Below, in pieces: positions 39,414 to 49,366 of a DNA stretch of 64,000 nt; position 1 is the stretch's first letter, and each line of letters starts with the position of its first letter. The DNA is from a virus. The stretch is taken from the IMG/VR virus record IMGVR_UViG_3300042448_001253, positions 65,482 through 129,481 of that record; one strand, 5' to 3'. Under the pieces are notes generated by a model. The model saw only the letters and a list, made by a program, of their open reading frames with translations, was not told the DNA's origin and did no database searches. A program made the translations under genes and the position numbers.

Positions 39414-39576
39414 TTATTCCCTTTCGTGCCAAACCTTTTGGCAACATCTCTAACTTACCACTAATACAAAGTTAAGGCAAACTACGCCACGAAGATTTTT
39501 GTCGTGTGAAAAAATGAATACACTTAGTCGTGTTAAAAAAATAATCCCGCATTTCTGCGAGATTACTTTTTAGTTT

Positions 39577-39903
39577 TTAAAGTTCTCTGTCTGCCTTAAA
39601 AAGTTTCTTTAACCAATCTCGGCAATCGTAAGGTCGTGCTGAATACTCAACTAACGCCTGACCTACCAAGTCCAACTCCAACCAAGAAAGTTTAGGCTGG
39701 TAAGGAACAGCGAACTCCCCTAAGTCCTCGCTTGCGAACTCAACCAAAAGCAAGAAAGCACTAAGGGGGTTGCGTTCGTCGTGGTCATAGTTAGTTGCCC
39801 AAGAAACTAAGCCTGTGATTGCCTTAGCGTAATCTGGTGCGTTGTCTAGCAAGTCCCAAAAATCGGGGGTTGTTTCTGTTGCGTTGTTTTCTAAATTGTT
39901 CAT
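39577..39903 (-). CDS. Conserved phage hypothetical (LSWLELDLVGQALVEYSARP)
   Basis: MNNLENN start after GAAAAGGGA. Confidence 0.75.
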   Translation of the reverse strand: MNNLENNATETTPDFWDLLDNAPDYAKAITGLVSWATNYDHDERNPLSAFLLLVEFASEDLGEFAVPYQPKLSWLELDLVGQALVEYSARPYDCRDWLKKLFKADREL

Positions 39904-40064
39904 AGTTCCCTTTTCGGCAATACTTCTTTTTCTTGCCTGTTGTAATACAAAGATACCAAAAAGCAAGAGTAAAAGCAAGTCCATACAGCAACAAATAATT
40001 TCAGGTGAAAAAATGAATACAAACCTGCCAAACCTAAAAGCCGAACAAAAGTTCGGCTCTGGTT

Positions 40065-40307
40065 TTAAAGCGTTCCACGCATTATGCGAAGTCTGGAAAT
40101 CTGCTGGTCAATCTCTACGAGTTCAGCCATAGTCAGTTCGTCCGTTGCGATTGCTCGGGTTATTCCCTTGTCCAAGTCCATAACTCCGTCAGCGACTTTC
40201 CACCCACTCACAACTCCGACAAGGCGTTCATAGCGATTGTAGAGTGCGATAGTTTGTAGTCCGTTGCTCTCGGTTAGTGCGTTCAGTTCTTTTAGTTCCG
40301 TTTCCAT
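40065..40307 (-). CDS. Hypothetical protein
   Basis: METELKEL start after GAGAGGA. Confidence 0.65.
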   Translation of the reverse strand: METELKELNALTESNGLQTIALYNRYERLVGVVSGWKVADGVMDLDKGITRAIATDELTMAELVEIDQQISRLRIMRGTL

Positions 40308-40471
40308 TTGTGTCCTCTCTAAGACGGTTGTTGTGTTCCCAGCATACCCGATAGGCAAGCCGAAGTCAATCCCCCAAGCAAGCCGTTAGGCTCGCCTAAG
40401 CGAGCCGTCAGACCTACCATAAGCAAGCCGATAGACGAGCCGTTAGGCTCGCCTACCTGCCTACCTTGCCG

Positions 40472-40849
40472 TTATTCTGCGTCGGCTTTGTGAACGGTTC
40501 GGGTAAAGGTGCTAGTTCCCCAAGTTAAATCGTGTCCGATACTACTTGCGTCAATCTCAACCGAAGTCCCAGCCCGCTCGCCATTGTCCCAATCACGCAC
40601 ACGCAACACGCCCGATACGATTACTCGGTCGCCCTTGCCCACCGAGCCAGCCGCATTGACAGCCAAGCCACGATAAGAAGTAATGGTGAACCAATTTGTT
40701 TCACTCTCAACATACTTGGCGAGAGTTCGGTCAAACTTGGATACCGCACTCGCCAAGCGAAATGATGTAATCGGCAAGCCGTCTGCTGTTACTAGGTGTC
40801 GTGGTGTTGTTGCTACCAGACCTGTTACTACTATCTGCTGTTCTTTCAT
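40472..40849 (-). CDS. ssb: Single-stranded DNA-binding protein (short actinobacterial SsbB-like)
   Basis: OB fold: ITSFRLAS...TNWFTIT...KGDRVIVSG.LRVRDW...SVEIDA.SIGHDLTWGT; no acidic C-terminal tail. Confidence 0.9.
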   Translation of the reverse strand: MKEQQIVVTGLVATTPRHLVTADGLPITSFRLASAVSKFDRTLAKYVESETNWFTITSYRGLAVNAAGSVGKGDRVIVSGVLRVRDWDNGERAGTSVEIDASSIGHDLTWGTSTFTRTVHKADAE

Positions 40850-41042
40850 TTGTTCCCTTTCAGAACTACTTTTGTTTCGTTCTGTGTTGTAGTTCCAGAT
40901 TACACCAACGCTAATGAGAAGTCAAGTTCATACGCATAAAAGTTTTCGTGGTGTGAAAAAATGAATACAACAAAAGATTAAAAAAGAAACCACCTAACCG
41001 AAAGGGAATAAGGTTAGGTGGCTGGTCTTTATCTGGTGCTGG

Positions 41043-41534
41043 CTACCAAGAACTCTGGTAGTAGAAGTCCCAGTTCAGAAACTTTGGATTACCAAGCAGG
41101 CGTTCCAAGATTACAACTGTGTCCTCTAAGCCTTTAAAATACCACTCGTCATACTCGTCGCCACCAAAGAAGAAACCAGAGTGGCGTGGTAAAAGGCTCT
41201 CTGCTTTGTCGTGGTCGCCAAGAACTTCTTTACAAGTGTTATGTAGGTCTGTGAGTTGGTCAGCAGTTACATAGTAGGACTTACAATCGTCCTCGCCATC
41301 TTGGACATTATCAACGAACCACTTGTGTATCTGGTTGTCTTTACGCCAATAGCCTACTTTGATACTAAGTTCCACACTTGGATAGTTGTCATCAACATCA
41401 TCAGAAGTTAATCCTACCTGCGAAACAATGTTTTCGTATTCTTGGTTCTGTATTCTCACTAGGTCGCCATCTACTTTTTTGTAGTCGCTACCACTAATGT
41501 ATTTCCTTGCGTATAGATACTGGTCTAGTCCCAT
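41043..41534 (-). CDS. Conserved phage hypothetical (MGLDQYL...YWRKDNQIHKWF...GFFFG...YQSSW)
   Basis: Recognisable widespread family motifs. Confidence 0.85.
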   Translation of the reverse strand: MGLDQYLYARKYISGSDYKKVDGDLVRIQNQEYENIVSQVGLTSDDVDDNYPSVELSIKVGYWRKDNQIHKWFVDNVQDGEDDCKSYYVTADQLTDLHNTCKEVLGDHDKAESLLPRHSGFFFGGDEYDEWYFKGLEDTVVILERLLGNPKFLNWDFYYQSSW

Positions 41535-41591
41535 TTGTTTCAGCCCTTTCTGGCTCTTGTTTGTTTGTTGCTATTTGGTTATGGTATCACT

Positions 41592-41861
41592 TTAATCGTC
41601 TAGTGTCAAGTGGAACTCACTAGGCAGATTTTCTTTTGTCCAATCAGATAAAGCCTGTTGTTCTATCTGGATTAGGTCTAGCCTTGCTCTTAGTTCTAAG
41701 AACTCTGCTAGTAAAGCCCCAGCCCTTTCAGGTCGTAGCCCTACTTCTAGTTCTGTCTGAACGCCCTCAAGCCTAGACAGCCACCCTGCTCTGCGTAATA
41801 CTAAGTCGCCCAGCGTTTCTTTCAGGTGGTATAACTTCTCTAATAATTCGTTTTCGTCCAT
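41592..41861 (-). CDS. Coiled-coil hypothetical, leaderless
   Basis: TAACTT 6 nt before ATG. Confidence 0.75.
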   Translation of the reverse strand: MDENELLEKLYHLKETLGDLVLRRAGWLSRLEGVQTELEVGLRPERAGALLAEFLELRARLDLIQIEQQALSDWTKENLPSEFHLTLDD

Positions 41862-42011
41862 AACTCAAAGTTACCACAGCCAGCCCTGAAAACCAAATCC
41901 ATTTGGAAACTATTTTTAACAGGTGAAAAAATGAATACAAAGCCAGAAGTTAAAAAAGTGTGAGCCAGTTTAGAACACTTGGCTCAGGTGTTATCTCTCT
42001 GCGAGATTGGT

Positions 42012-42245
42012 CTAGCGTTTCCACTCGTTTAGAGCAACCAACAATTCCTCTGGCTTAATCTTAAGTGCTATACACACAGCGACCAAAGTATTTGCTGGCA
42101 TTTGTCTTTGCTTGTGAAAGTATCTGCTAAGGCTGGACTTCTGAAAGCCTGTTGCGATAGCGAACTGGTTTAGTGATTTGTAGCCTAGCATTTGGTAGCG
42201 TTCTACAAACCACTCCCAAGTGTCTATCTGTTTTGTTTTTGCCAT
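42012..42245 (-). CDS. XRE-family HTH protein
   Basis: SLNQFAIATGFQKSSLSRYF..QRQMP...ALKI.PEELL. Confidence 0.8.
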   Translation of the reverse strand: MAKTKQIDTWEWFVERYQMLGYKSLNQFAIATGFQKSSLSRYFHKQRQMPANTLVAVCIALKIKPEELLVALNEWKR

Positions 42246-42247
42246 TT

Positions 42248-42514
42248 TTATTCCGTTTCTTTCTCGTCCAAAACCTTTATGATTTGGAAGTTTATGTCGT
42301 CTAGTATTCTCGTCTTTGCTAACTCAAACTGCTCTCGGTTATCAAAGTAAAAATACACTCTCGGGTCATAGTCATAGTTCTCGTCATAGGCTACCGAGCC
42401 GTCCCCGATTACTACCACTACTTCATCTGTGTCCGTCTGCTTGTCGTCCCAAGTAACTAGGACATCTACAAACTCGCCTGTTTCTGTTTCCGTCTGGTTT
42501 TCGTTCATACTCAT
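42248..42514 (-). CDS. Acidic hypothetical
   Basis: Operon position. Confidence 0.7.
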   Translation of the reverse strand: MSMNENQTETETGEFVDVLVTWDDKQTDTDEVVVVIGDGSVAYDENYDYDPRVYFYFDNREQFELAKTRILDDINFQIIKVLDEKETE

Positions 42515-42517
42515 ACC

Positions 42518-42835
42518 TTACACCAAGCCGTCCGTATTGTCAAACTCAACCGAGTAAGTGTCGGGGATTACTTCCAGCAAGCCAGTTGAGAACATACTCT
42601 CTAAACTGTCGTAGCCGTCAAGGTTCTCGTCAAGCCACGCCTCAAAGTCCTCGGTGTATTTGGTGTCCCCGATAAGCCAGTAGCCGTCATACTCGGTAGT
42701 CATCTCTAACCATTGAGCCTTGCCACGCCACGCAAACCAAACTCTCCGTTCGGTTCTGTCGCCCTCAACCTTAGTCATCTTGACATCTGGTATCCAGCCT
42801 GTTTCGTTTTCGTCTTTGTAGAAGTCGTGTTTCAT
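42518..42835 (-). CDS. Acidic hypothetical
   Basis: GAAAAGGA SD. Confidence 0.7.
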   Translation of the reverse strand: MKHDFYKDENETGWIPDVKMTKVEGDRTERRVWFAWRGKAQWLEMTTEYDGYWLIGDTKYTEDFEAWLDENLDGYDSLESMFSTGLLEVIPDTYSVEFDNTDGLV

Positions 42836-42874
42836 TTTGTCCTTTTCCGTTAGTGATTTGTTGCTACTTGGAGA

Positions 42875-43180
42875 TTACACCAAGCCGTCTGCTGTGTCAA
42901 GCATTTCTTCTAGCGTGTCTGGAACGCCACCACCCATAAGTAGTCCAGCACGAATTACTAGTTCAGATGTGCTAACCCCTAGACACACAGCAATTTCAGC
43001 CAACATCTCGCTACTGGCTTCTTTACCACCTTGTTCTAGTTCCCATAGGTAGTTAAATGAAATACGCCCAGAGCCACGATTAACAGTTTGTCTTAGGGTT
43101 AATCCATTGTCGTATCTGTGGTTGTTGATTACTCGTCCTAATGCTTTTCTAAAAAGCAGGTCGTCTTTTCCTGTTGTCAT
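42875..43180 (-). CDS. XRE-family regulator, ClgR-like
   Basis: LFRKALGRVI..R...GLTLR...YLWELEQGGKEASSEMLAEIAVCLGV parallels the actinobacterial ClgR pattern from memory. Confidence 0.7.
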   Translation of the reverse strand: MTTGKDDLLFRKALGRVINNHRYDNGLTLRQTVNRGSGRISFNYLWELEQGGKEASSEMLAEIAVCLGVSTSELVIRAGLLMGGGVPDTLEEMLDTADGLV

Positions 43181-43638
43181 ACTGTAAAGCCTTTCTCTTT
43201 CCCTAACTGTATCGCTGTTGCTATTGCTGTGTCCAACTCAAAGAATACATCACCATACTCCCAAAACTCGTCTTGGTCGTTAAAAATCTCAAACCAAGGA
43301 TTATTTATACACTCTAACTTATTCTTACTAAGAACTTCCTCTAAGTCTTTGTCTGACTTAATGTTGTTCTCAAAGAAGTCGCTGGTGTATTTGATTACTT
43401 CGTAATCATCTTGTTCCTCGTTGTTGTAGAGGTGGTATCTCATCTCGCCATTACGCATTACATAAAAGTTGTTCTTGCTAGGGTCAGCCCAGATTTGTTC
43501 TATCCCAGCCTCATACACATAGAACTCTGGACTTTGCTGGCTGGCACATTGGCACTCTAAATCAAAAGCACCCTCACCTGTGTCTGCCATACCAAAGCCA
43601 CACATCTCGCATAGTTGTTTCTTGTTTTCATTGTCCAT
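43177..43638 (-). CDS. Acidic hypothetical with N-terminal Cys motif, leaderless
   Basis: MDNENKK; TAGGCT 7 nt before ATG. Confidence 0.7.
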   Translation of the reverse strand: MDNENKKQLCEMCGFGMADTGEGAFDLECQCASQQSPEFYVYEAGIEQIWADPSKNNFYVMRNGEMRYHLYNNEEQDDYEVIKYTSDFFENNIKSDKDLEEVLSKNKLECINNPWFEIFNDQDEFWEYGDVFFELDTAIATAIQLGKEKGFTV

Positions 43639-43814
43639 AGGGAACAGCCTAGCATACGCCCCTGACATTTCACAACTCATTTCAGAACTTTTTATTACTA
43701 ATCCAAAGTCGTATTCGCCTTCGCTGTGAAAAAATGAATACAGCCTAGAACTTAAACACAAGAACGCCAGCAGAGAGAAAGGGATAATCTCTGCCAGCGT
43801 TCTCGCTGTGGTCG

Positions 43815-44204
43815 CTAGTTCAGCGTAAGAACCCTAGTTGTTGGCTTGGCGTCCTCTGCCTTAAACATAGCCAAGATTTCTGGCTGTGTCTTAGCAAGGA
43901 ACGCTACCAACTCTGCTGTGTTGTAGCGAGCAGGGTCTTTTGGTTGGACGAGTTGGATTTTAACTAAACGCTGTCCCTTTGCGTTAGTTCCAAACTTGGT
44001 CTGGTCGTTACCAAGTTCATCAAGGATAATCTCACGACTAGCCTTAACTACTTCGGCAACTTGCTTTTCCAAGTTGTGAGCATCTCGGAGTTCCCGAACT
44101 GCCTTTTGCCCCTTTGCCGAGAGTTTGACCTCTGGCTCTGTGGTTGGTGTCAGCACTACTCTTGCTGTTGAGGTGGTCTTTCCCACTGTCTTTGTGTTTG
44201 CCAT
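43815..44204 (-). CDS. Coiled-coil hypothetical (distant relative of 22050/36682), leaderless
   Basis: TTGACT-17-TAAGTT-6-ATG. Confidence 0.75.
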   Translation of the reverse strand: MANTKTVGKTTSTARVVLTPTTEPEVKLSAKGQKAVRELRDAHNLEKQVAEVVKASREIILDELGNDQTKFGTNAKGQRLVKIQLVQPKDPARYNTAELVAFLAKTQPEILAMFKAEDAKPTTRVLTLN

Positions 44205-44770
44205 ACCTAAAACTTACCATTAAGGAATACACAAGTCAAGTCCATTTAGAAACAATTTTTACTTAGGTGAAAAAATGAATACAAGTTTCAGAGGGTAAAG
44301 GAAAAGACAGAGTGCTACTTAGAAGTTTGTGTTTTTCGCAGCGTTGCTCTGGTGGCGTTAACTTCCACCTCTGTTACTTTCAGCCAGTTCTGTATTTCGC
44401 ATTTTGCTCTGTCTTTTGCTTTGGTCTGTTTCTCATTAAGCTAATTTGATTATGCCCTTATGGACAAGTGCTTCTATCTCCACAGACCTAGTTTAGCGAG
44501 TATTCACTCGGTTTCCTTGACATAAAGGGTTCGTCATTACACTAACCCCACGCACCAAAGTTGGTTCGGCGAGTGTCAAGCAAGTCTTTATTTAGTTGTC
44601 AAATCTACTCCGTTAGGCTACCAGAGTATAGCGAGCCTGTCAAATCCGTTTCCGTCTAGCCTGTCTGTCTGCTCTATCCGATAGCGAGCCGACACTATAA
44701 GCGAGCCTGTGTATCCGTCTTGCGAGCCAGAGTAATCCCTTAGAGCAAGCCGAGTAAGTCCGACTTCTCA

Positions 44771-45640
44771 TTAGCCAGCCAGCGTTGGATAGATACGCTT
44801 GCCGTTCTCATCAACGACATACGAGTTCATAGTTCCCTCTACGAACTCCATAAGTTCATCAGGGTCGTTGCCGTTCTCTTGGACTAACGCCCAAGCGTTC
44901 TCAATGGTATCGGTTCGGACTTTGTAGGTCTTGGTAACGACAATCAAAAACTCTTTTTCATCTTTCGGGCAATCGTCATACCAATCACTCTCGTCGTCGT
45001 CCCTAGCACAGATACAGCCGTCCTCGTCGTCCTTAGCAACATAGTCAGCGTGGCTCTGTGGTATGTCCCACTCCTTATCCAGATACAAGTCGCCGTCCTT
45101 GCCAGAGTATTCAGCACCCCAGCCCTGTTCTTCCTCGCAACCGAAAGTAAAGTCAAGTGTCGGGTGTTGCTCTGCCATAGCACGAAATACTTGTTCGGGG
45201 ATAGACCAAGCCGTAGAGAAAGTATAGATAGCCTCGTTCTCGTCCTGCTCTAAGTTAACATCTCTGGCGTCCCACTTAGTTCCCCAGTTAGCAATGTTCC
45301 AGCCATACCAGCCATTAGAGGTGTCTGTGGTTGCCTGTGGTTCTTTTGTGCCATTGGTAAAGCCCACGCCCTCAACGAACCCAACAGTTCCAAAGTATTC
45401 ATCTAGGATTTCCTCTGGTGGCGTTATGAAGTTCCAGAACGATAGGTCGCACTCCCGAGATAACTCAATCTCAATCTTTCTGTCCTTGTCCTCAATCTTG
45501 TTATTAGTTCCGTCCTCGTTCCTAACCCATTGTTCGGATAGCCAGCGAGTTTCGTATTGCTTTCCAGCCTTATCAACGAACGCTTGGACTTCGTGTCTGT
45601 CGCCCTCTACGGACATACGATTATAGACCCAGTTTGGCAT
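44771..45640 (-). CDS. YubB/DUF1281-like (ferredoxin-like domain) protein
   Basis: MPNWVYNRMSV...WYGWNIANWGTKWD...FSTAWSIP. Confidence 0.8.
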   Translation of the reverse strand: MPNWVYNRMSVEGDRHEVQAFVDKAGKQYETRWLSEQWVRNEDGTNNKIEDKDRKIEIELSRECDLSFWNFITPPEEILDEYFGTVGFVEGVGFTNGTKEPQATTDTSNGWYGWNIANWGTKWDARDVNLEQDENEAIYTFSTAWSIPEQVFRAMAEQHPTLDFTFGCEEEQGWGAEYSGKDGDLYLDKEWDIPQSHADYVAKDDEDGCICARDDDESDWYDDCPKDEKEFLIVVTKTYKVRTDTIENAWALVQENGNDPDELMEFVEGTMNSYVVDENGKRIYPTLAG

Positions 45641-45697
45641 TTGTGTTCTCCATTTCTTTTGTTGTTAGTTTCACCTTATAGGAGTTCTGATTATTTG

Positions 45698-46039
45698 TCA
45701 AGATAGGAACGCCTCGTATTTCGGCAGGCTTTCCAACTTTGGTAAGACAATGTGTAGAAACATTGGCAGGTGTGCGAACTCTGTCTCAAACTCTAGGCTA
45801 GTTGTCCAATGGTCATCAACAAAGAAGTCCCACGCTTGGATAGTTGTTTCATCTATCGCAACAAGAGGTATTGGATTGTCGTAGTTGCTAAGGGTTAGTT
45901 CATAGTCGCCCTCGCTATCAGTGCTAAGTTCCCAATCAAGTTGGTAGGCGATAACACGCAATACTTCGCTGTCAGTATCAAACCATAGGTTGATGTCGTA
46001 TTGGTTCGTGTAAGGAAATACCTCTGTGTCAATAATCAT
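45698..46039 (-). CDS. Acidic hypothetical, leaderless
   Basis: TTGACT-17-TATCGT-6-ATG (MIIDTE). Confidence 0.7.
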   Translation of the reverse strand: MIIDTEVFPYTNQYDINLWFDTDSEVLRVIAYQLDWELSTDSEGDYELTLSNYDNPIPLVAIDETTIQAWDFFVDDHWTTSLEFETEFAHLPMFLHIVLPKLESLPKYEAFLS

Positions 46040-46330
46040 ACTCTCACGATACACCAACACTAATGTAAAGTCAAACTCATCTGCGAGTGTGTTTGGTGAA
46101 AAAATGAATACGCTGTAAAAAGTAAAAATCTTCAGCATACAACTTCGCATTAGTTAGTGTAAAGTTCGCCCAGCCTTCGGCAGCTTAAAAATCCAAGTCC
46201 CAGTTAAAAGCGAAACCCCCCGATAGGAAATGGGAATAAACTATCGGGGAGTTTCTAATCCGTCAGCGAGAGCCTTGCTGTGAAAGGGGACAACAAAAAC
46301 AGCGTTGCTCAATCCCTGACGGACTTCTAT

Positions 46331-48190
46331 CTAAGCATTACGCAGACCAACCTGCTCTAATGCTTTCGCACACGCCGAACCAATCAGCGTGGCTATGTCC
46401 TTGCCTGTCGTGCCATTGACGAATACTGCCTCTGTGTTCTCTTTGACGATAACGCCAGCCCCACTATCAGCGTTCATCTGGTCAGGTGAAATCCACATCA
46501 CAGCCACGCCGTTACGCTGGCACTCTTTCATAACTTCTTTGGCTCTCTTGTATTCGGTTGGAGTGTAGTGTCCGTCAGAAACGATTACGAGCAATCTCGC
46601 ACCACGACCAGAAAGCAAATCAAGCGAGCCATTGAGAGCCGACCAGCCCTCGGCAAACTTCTCTGTTCCGTCTGGTGCTGTATAGACATTTACATCTGTC
46701 AATCTCTGCCCGACCTTGAGAGTTGGAAATACGCCAGAGCCATAATAGACCATAGCAGTTTTCGCCTGAACCCTGCGACCTGCCTCTGCCAGAACCCACG
46801 CTGTCGTAGCCATAGGGTTCATAGCAGAACCCATTGAGCCAGATACATCTACCATTACGCCAACAGTTAGAGTTGGCTCGTCTGTGTATTTGCGTGTCTT
46901 GTGTTCCCACGCCTCAACTGGAGTGAGTATGCCCTTGCTCTTGAGAGCCTGACCCTGAACCAAAGTTCTAGTGCGAAGTCTGCCAGCAGGGATTACGCCT
47001 GTTCTGGTAATGACATCTCTCTCACGATACTTTGCTCGTTCCAACATCTGCGATACACGAACGCTTGCTATGCGTTCCTCGCTGGTTGGTTGGCGAGTTT
47101 CTATCAGGCGAGAACTGCTACCTGTTTCACCACCACCAGACGAACGAGAGAATACCTTTTCTGCTGTGTCCTTGTCCTTGCGTTTCTCGTCAGCCTCTTT
47201 TGACTTCTCTGCGACCTGCTCTTTAGTTTCCTCTTGGTCTTGCTGTTCTGCCAAGTCGTCATTAGTAGCAAGTGAAGTGTCGTCAGCAGAGTTTTCTACT
47301 GCCTCAATCATTTCAGAGATAGCCTTACCAATCATCTCTTTCATCTCGTCAGACATCTCACTAGCAGTTCCACCCTCACCCTGCTCACCCTCACCCTGCT
47401 CTGGCTCTTGACCTTGCTCTACTGCTTTGTCCTTGACAAGTTGTGTCCAGAGTTTCGCAAGTTCTACGCCACGATTAAAGTCTGCTGGTCTTGTGTGAGA
47501 TAGAGTTTGGAACTCTGTCCAGATAGAACGAAGTTGGTCTAGTAGGTCGTAGCCAAGAACTTCTGAAACCTTGTCCTCAATCAAGACGACATCATCAGGT
47601 TCTAATACGCCACCTGTAACTCTGGCAAGTGCTAGACCTGCCAACTGGCTCGCAACTGCGACAGCAGACATCTCACCAATCTTTTCGTTGATGTCGCCAA
47701 GTGAAAGTTTGAGAGCAGACGAACGCAAGAACAATCTGTTCTTAGGCATAATGTTCGCACCCAACGCCTCAATACGACTTTCCTCTAGCAGATAGAAACT
47801 GTCGTATTCACGCTTGGTAAGTTCATTAGCCTTAAACAATTCCTCAAAGCGTGAGTGTTCCCAACCAGAGAACCTAGCGTGTAACGCCTCGTGGTAGATA
47901 ACGCCAACTGCCTCTGGAAACTCGTATTGGTTCTTGCGAAGTTTGAGGTCGCCAACCATTTCAGGAGTTGTTACTTCGCCAAATGCGATTGGTAGATTGA
48001 CCTCAATCTCTGCTGTGTCTGGAATAAAGCAAGCAAGAGCCTCACCCATACCTGCGTCCTTACCACCATAAACAGCGAGGTCGCTACGACCTGACCACTC
48101 GTTAGCAAGGTGTCCAATAGTCGCACAAGTTGATAACCACTCTTTAGGAGTTTCGCTGGTGCGTGTTGCTAGTCTTGATAAATGTCCCAT
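46331..48190 (-). CDS. vWA (MIDAS) protein with N-terminal HExxH domain (CobT-like partner of MoxR ATPase)
   Basis: HEALH; VDVSGSM; LLVIVSDG. Confidence 0.85.
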   Translation of the reverse strand: MGHLSRLATRTSETPKEWLSTCATIGHLANEWSGRSDLAVYGGKDAGMGEALACFIPDTAEIEVNLPIAFGEVTTPEMVGDLKLRKNQYEFPEAVGVIYHEALHARFSGWEHSRFEELFKANELTKREYDSFYLLEESRIEALGANIMPKNRLFLRSSALKLSLGDINEKIGEMSAVAVASQLAGLALARVTGGVLEPDDVVLIEDKVSEVLGYDLLDQLRSIWTEFQTLSHTRPADFNRGVELAKLWTQLVKDKAVEQGQEPEQGEGEQGEGGTASEMSDEMKEMIGKAISEMIEAVENSADDTSLATNDDLAEQQDQEETKEQVAEKSKEADEKRKDKDTAEKVFSRSSGGGETGSSSRLIETRQPTSEERIASVRVSQMLERAKYRERDVITRTGVIPAGRLRTRTLVQGQALKSKGILTPVEAWEHKTRKYTDEPTLTVGVMVDVSGSMGSAMNPMATTAWVLAEAGRRVQAKTAMVYYGSGVFPTLKVGQRLTDVNVYTAPDGTEKFAEGWSALNGSLDLLSGRGARLLVIVSDGHYTPTEYKRAKEVMKECQRNGVAVMWISPDQMNADSGAGVIVKENTEAVFVNGTTGKDIATLIGSACAKALEQVGLRNA

Positions 48191-48304
48191 TTATTTTCCT
48201 TTGTTTGATGTTTCGTTCTACTGCGAGTGTAGCAGTTTGGTTTGAGGCTGTCAAGTCCATTTCTCAACTTTCTTGACAGCCCCACTTTAGCAGGAACGGA
48301 ACTG

Positions 48305-49330
48305 CTAAATCTTTGCTGTCCTGACTTCCTCACCAAATACTCTGGTAAAGACATCAGCCACAACTCCCCTGTCGTTTTCAGGCGAGCAAGCGATTAGGTT
48401 GGAAACTGCCCAAGCAGTTCCGAACGCTGTTGATACATCTCGGAACGCAAGCAACTCTCGCATTTGAGGCGACCAAGAGATTTCCCCTGATTGCTGTTTC
48501 TTGCTTAGGTTCTGACTTGCTGTTACTGCTGGAACTGGAACTCCCAACTTCTTAGCAAGTCCCCAATCAGTAGTCATTTCTGCTTGGATTGAGAAACGAG
48601 ATAGTAGAGCCTCTGATAGACGAACGCCAATCGCATTAGGGTTGGTCGCACCAATCACATAGAAACCTGACTTGGCTTTTACAGTTCCTCGTTCTGGGTT
48701 CTGTGTGATTGTGATTTCATCTCGTCCGTCCATAAGACCATAAACAAGTGATAGAACCTTTGGGTCAATCAGACCAATCTCGTCAATCAACAAGACCTTA
48801 CCCTGTTCTACTGCTCTGGTCAGAGGTCCGTCAATCCACTCAAAGCCACCTGACGGAGTTTGGACATAGCCACCAACGAAGTCAGAAACTTCGGTGTCGC
48901 CAGTTCCAATAATGGTTTCTAGTTCCTCTGGGAACGCACCCTCAACGAGTGCTGTCTTTCCTGTTCCTGGACTTCCATAGAGCAAGATGAACTGACTTAG
49001 AGTTCGTGCTTTACGCAGAACCTCAATGTCTGTGTGTGTTCCCCACTTGCGAGCATAGTAGTCGTGTCCATTTGGACGAGCATACTTAACTTCGCCCTCA
49101 AGACTATCTACACTCACTTTGGTTTCCTTTTCTTTAGGTTCTGATTTGCCCTGCTTTGCTCGCAGACTTGCTCGTCCCTCTGCTGGCATTAATGATACTA
49201 GCCCTGCTGGAACTCCACTTGGGTCTAGGTTCTGAACTGCCACTCCAAAGATTAGGCTGGATAGGTCAGGGAACAGAGTGTCAATCTGCTCTGCTGGCAT
49301 TGGTGTTGATGTTGGTGTTATTGTAGTCAT
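48305..49330 (-). CDS. MoxR/CbbQ/CobS-type AAA+ ATPase
   Basis: YGSPGTGKT; LLIDEIG; ATNP; LSEALLSRF. Confidence 0.9.
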   Translation of the reverse strand: MTTITPTSTPMPAEQIDTLFPDLSSLIFGVAVQNLDPSGVPAGLVSLMPAEGRASLRAKQGKSEPKEKETKVSVDSLEGEVKYARPNGHDYYARKWGTHTDIEVLRKARTLSQFILLYGSPGTGKTALVEGAFPEELETIIGTGDTEVSDFVGGYVQTPSGGFEWIDGPLTRAVEQGKVLLIDEIGLIDPKVLSLVYGLMDGRDEITITQNPERGTVKAKSGFYVIGATNPNAIGVRLSEALLSRFSIQAEMTTDWGLAKKLGVPVPAVTASQNLSKKQQSGEISWSPQMRELLAFRDVSTAFGTAWAVSNLIACSPENDRGVVADVFTRVFGEEVRTAKI

Positions 49331-49366
49331 TTTAGATTTTCCGTTCTGATAGTTTGACTAGTTGGA

